DNA of 63,387 nt, counting the filler, from Asterionella formosa (taxonomy: Eukaryota), in assembly GCA_002256025.1 (NCBI GenBank). It is 3 parts of 3 records of this genome, joined end to end, with 100 filler letters (N's around TTAATTAATTAA, not from the genome) between each part and the next. Parts side by side here need not be neighbours in the genome. Positions count along the whole stretch, not along the records: positions 30,748 to 61,366 come from NKIB01000844.1; positions 61,467 to 63,387 come from NKIB01000850.1; 1 more part is not named here. One strand, 5' to 3'. Made by a program: the position numbers and the translations under genes. Positions within the stretch are counted from its first letter, which is position 1. Every line of letters starts with the position of its first letter. This document shows, one piece after another, positions 59,606 through 63,387 of the stretch. The notes below the pieces were generated by a model. It was not told where the DNA came from. It was given only the letters and a program-made list of their open reading frames with translations, and searched no databases.

Positions 59606-61366
59606 TGTCAAGAATATTAGCCTGAGTCACAAGGATTGTGGACTCGATTGTAATCGAACGAGTCGAATATTGCATTGCCACGTCAATCAGCTGTCTAAGA
59701 ACGAGATCAGAGATTGAAGATTTCTAAAGAAATGTTAAGTGGAAACTCGAAGAGAGTCTTAGAATGACTTTGCAGGAAGCAAAGATGCATGGAAAGGAAA
59801 CATTTAGTTTAGCTTAAAATTTAATTTGAGTTTTAGATTATCAACCGAGGAAACAGTGTGTTAATTGACAGCAAGATCAATTAGTCTATCTAGCTTGAAG
59901 GCTAGAAGCAGAGACAAGAGAGAAAGTAAGTGGTACTAGGTAGTACTACGATCACGTAAGAGTCTACGTGAAGAGAGACCCAACCCGCGGGAAGGAGTAC
60001 GGACCATTTCAACACGCTTTAAAGCGGATAGGTTTGAAAGGGTACTCAAGATGGGAATTGACGACGAATCGTCAGGAGTGCGGTTGCCAACATTTGATGG
60101 TACCGATGCCAAGTGGCATGTTTGGAAAGCGAAGTTTGTGGCCTATGCCTGCTACAAAGGTTTTGAAGGAATCCTAAGTGGAGATGAAGTATCACCAGGT
60201 GAGAGAGATTCAGCTGGAGTGAAGATTGTTCCGAGCGACAACAATGAGAAGCGTGCGAAACGAAATAATACGGTTGCCTATGCAAGTTTAATTATGGCAT
60301 GTCAGAGTGGACCATTTGGATACGTAAATGGTGCCAGAAGTGAAGAGTTCCCCAATGGAAATGCGAAGGAAGCGTGGGACAAGTTAGTGTCTACGTACGA
60401 GTCAAGTAATATGGCAAATGTGATTGCCTTGTCAGGTCAGTGGACAAAATGCACGATTAACGAGAATGAGAACCCCGACATTTGGTTTGTGGAGTTGGAT
60501 AGAATTCGAGAACGATTGAGTCGTACGAGCTCCGCAATTTCGGATGGTGCCTATGTGGCCCATGTTATCAACAACCTACCGGAAGTCTACAAGAGTTTGG
60601 TGGTTGGAAAATTTGGTCTCGCGAGCTCCGAGCTCACGATCCAAGAGGTCAAGAAGAATGTACGCGACTATTACGATTTGTATGTGCGTGACGAAACCAA
60701 GACGAATAAGAATGGCGAGCAGGCCTTCTTTTCAAAAAGCAAGTTTAAGGGAGACTGCAGGAAGTGTGGCAAGTATGGCCACAAGGCAGTTGATTGCCGA
60801 AGCAAGGGCAATACTACAGAAAAGAGAGAATTAACTCCCGAGCAACGAAATAAGAGAAAGAATGTGAAGTGTTATAATTGCCAGAAGATGGGGCACTATG
60901 CCAGTGAGTGCAACAATCAAAAAAATGCACCAATCAAACAGAAGGGAGAAGACGCCAATACTACTACGCAAGGAATGTTCGTGGTGACGTGTATTGAGGC
61001 AAGGTACAATGAAGAGGTAAATTATACGTGCGTGCATAAGGACCGTTGGCTACTAGATAGTGGCGCTACGGTACATATATGCAATGATGAGCGCATCATG
61101 GAGGACAAGCGCGCAGTGCGTGAAACTGTTCTTGTGGGAAACGGCGCAGCAATTGTTGCGACCGTATCAGGCACGGTGACCCTTACGACGACAGACAAAG
61201 GAAAAGTGTTGAAACTCACCAATGTGCTCTATGCACCGGAGTTCAAGCAGAACATTATCAGTATTTCGAGAATTATTGACAAGGGAAATAAAGTTATGTT
61301 TGACGATGATAAGATGACGATCAGAAACAACAACGGATTTTTGATTTGTAAACGTGATGAAACGAG
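59606..61366 (+). mobile_element. Ty1/Copia retrotransposon: 5' LTR (~59606-60014) plus gag-protease, truncated by the contig end
   Basis: LTR 3' end defined by the second copy at 30748-30874; 5' start (tgtcaagaat) is inferred; ORF follows 36 bp after the LTR. Confidence 0.9.
60051..61366 (+). CDS. Copia gag-pol polyprotein, partial (gag, two CCHC zinc knuckles, protease)
   Basis: LPTFDG..WHVWKAKF, NLPEVYKSLV, CRKCGKYGHKAVDC, CYNCQKMGHYASEC, WLLDSGATVHIC, LTNVLYAPEFKQNIISI; uninterrupted. Confidence 0.95.
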
Positions 61367-61520
61367 NNNNNNNNNNNNNNNNNNNNNNNNNNNNNNNNNN
61401 NNNNNNNNNNTTAATTAATTAANNNNNNNNNNNNNNNNNNNNNNNNNNNNNNNNNNNNNNNNNNNNGGTTTCTGTTCACACAATAATTCTAATTTTTCTA
61501 ACCGTGCAACTTCACGTAGG

Positions 61521-61914
61521 CCAAATCAAGCAAGATTTTGAAGTAAAGGTTCTGCGAGACCAGCTGAAAATCAAGAAAGCAAATTGTGAGCTCGAAGCGG
61601 AGCAGACCGAACGAACCCTGAGAGTCCAACAACAAGTTTTGGCTATGCAGAAATATTATGACACAAAATTCAAAGCAGCGGACCAAGAAGCTGACGCCTT
61701 AAATGCTAAGTTTAGTGATCTGTTTCATCAGTTGAACTACGATGCTGATCAGTTGTTAAAAACACATCAGCAAAAGCAAATCTCGGTAAGGAAGGAATTG
61801 TGCGTGGAAACAAGAACATTTCTTACGACTTGCCTAAAGGAGGGGAAAGGAGATTGTGATTATTTGATTAAGGGACTCGAGAACTGTGTTCGTGACACAG
61901 TGATAGAAAAATAA
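61521..61914 (+). CDS. Last exon of a coiled-coil protein gene whose 5' part is lost in the gap
   Basis: ctaac branch point and gtag acceptor at ~61498-61520, then an open E/K/Q-rich heptad-like frame. Confidence 0.55.
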
Positions 61915-62011
61915 AAAAAGTGAAGCAGCAAGCTGCCCTACACATAGCTACATGCCCTCGACTTCAAATCTAATCTAACCAATAACATGTGCATTATCCT
62001 TGTCTCTACTG

Positions 62012-63325
62012 TCATGGCGCCAACCATAAGTGACTCCATGGCACCTTATCTCTAGGAAACAACTCAGGCCCACAATGATTCAATAAAGCCCTCATATCTG
62101 GGCAACTCAATTCATATGGTGGCGTCCGCGAAAACGGATTTCTCGAGCGTCGCTTCTCTTGCAGGACTGGGGTATGACATCCATAAGGGTCGCTCTCAAA
62201 CGGCCGAGCGGCGTTCTCGTCCTCGCCTTTGGTACTTGCTTGCAAATCAAAACCAGTTGATGGCGAAGGGTCAACACCTATGTAGCGAACATTGGCGGAG
62301 GGAAATTGGAGCGCTGGAGTATGGAGATTTTCAAAACGATGTTGTTTGAACGTAAAAGATACAATGGTTATCTTTGTTGGGTAACTTCCTGTCACTTCTT
62401 TGAAGCGGCAAAGGGAAAAGAGGCTGGTGTTACAGGCGAAAAATCAGTGTGTCAGATATTGTGTTCAACGTTGAGGCAAAGTCAAGCATGACAACTCACA
62501 GATTTTCGAAAGAGTCTGTTGCAAACTCTTCTGTGATTGTTCTGGCTCTGACTGTTGAACCTTCGGGCCACAGTTCCATAGCGTCTGCTACACGAAAGTA
62601 TGATGACCCTTCCGTCAGGGGTCCTGCGATGGACCGAGTCTCTCCACCTGAGAATATCAAAAGTGAGTCTGGATCTTTATTTGCCTCTTCAATACCAGCC
62701 TTAATGTGAGCCACAATGGCATGTGGCAATCCCCGGCCTTTTTGATAATCCAAGAGGAACCTGAGCATCATTCGACAGTTAGAAGATTTGTGACGTGCGT
62801 CTCAACAATGATGATCTTTTCGTTTCGAGGAGCTACCAAAACGTACCACACATTTTCGTCAGTCCCTGCTTCTTCAAGATTACCTGATATGACTACACTA
62901 TGACCTGCCACAACGATCAGGTGTCGCGCTTTCGTTGCTCGTGCATCTTGATTCTGGGTTGCAAAAGTTGAGATCAGAAAATGTCGAAAAGGGGATGGCA
63001 AATGTTCGGTTTGGTTTAAACTTACAAAAGGTTGTGCATCTGGGGCCACCCAAGAAGCGTTTTTGCCTCTCAGCCTAGGCCGCTTCGCATGGACTTGCGC
63101 CATTAGTTTGAGCCTCTTTCGTTGGTTCAAGTTATAAAATACAAACGTGAGAAACATGAGGATCACTAAAATCAAGTAGACAATATCTCGCATCTTATCT
63201 CGCTGTCTTTGTTGAGATCTCAAAAGAAATTTCCTTCTTGCTCCGGGTGGAATAAAGCCTCCCACTTGTGATGGCATAACGTCGTCGTTTCGAGGATTCG
63301 TCGACGAAACAAAAGCGACTGTCAT
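62012..63325 (-). CDS. YOR238W / DUF218-like Rossmann-fold protein, type II membrane anchor; introns 62761-62846 and 62424-62499
   Basis: HLIVVAGHSV, W|FLLDYQ, LLIFSGGETR, TEGSSY, TEEFATDSFENL|LFSLCRF, YPTKITIVSFTFKQHRF, DPYGC, RRSRNPF; single N-terminal TM helix. Confidence 0.88.
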
Positions 63326-63387
63326 TGTGATTTATGTTGCATTTTGCGCCCCGACTTTCTCTTTGTGCAGGTACATAAAGTATGATA

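Noticed and set aside
30748..60014. The two matching LTR copies as the ends of one giant element capturing the gene cluster
   Set aside because: The 59.6 kb copy is followed by gag (a 5' LTR) and the 30.7 kb copy by host DNA (a 3' or solo LTR); the order is wrong, so these are independent insertions

Overview
Eukaryotic nuclear DNA, most likely a diatom, based on CoDi-type Copia gag, Ambal-like LINEs, signal peptide+'AF/GF' plastid leaders, ~70-120 bp GT-AG introns and a silaffin-like gene. It appears to be three contigs joined by artificial N-TTAATTAATTAA-N spacers (~30.65-30.75 kb and ~61.37-61.47 kb). The first ~30 kb is mostly transposon debris: the 5' end of a Copia element, a pogo-like relic, two ~190-200 bp satellite arrays, a solo LTR, a decayed ~8 kb LINE (APE-RT-RNase H), and Harbinger-like and Mutator/Kolobok-like relics. 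One secreted Pro/Thr/Lys-rich gene sits among them. The rest is gene-dense: VOC protein, RPS15, methylmalonyl-CoA mutase, SmB, CK2-like kinase, TTL-like ligase, sepiapterin-reductase-like SDR, double SelW/Rdx protein, histidine phosphatase, PhoD, a membrane protein and a YOR238W-like protein, interrupted by more TE islands. Most striking observations: (1) a ~200-nt single-strand-specific rod hairpin at 46.7-46.9 kb with regularly spaced CGAG/CGAG tandem G.A motifs; (2) a Copia element whose PBS position is complementary to its own LTR (Tf1-like self-priming signature) and whose gag and protease are separated by one in-frame TGA; (3) a dispersed repeat carrying repeated 36/39-nt micro-exon-like cassettes. 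All family assignments are from recognised motifs; no database search was run.
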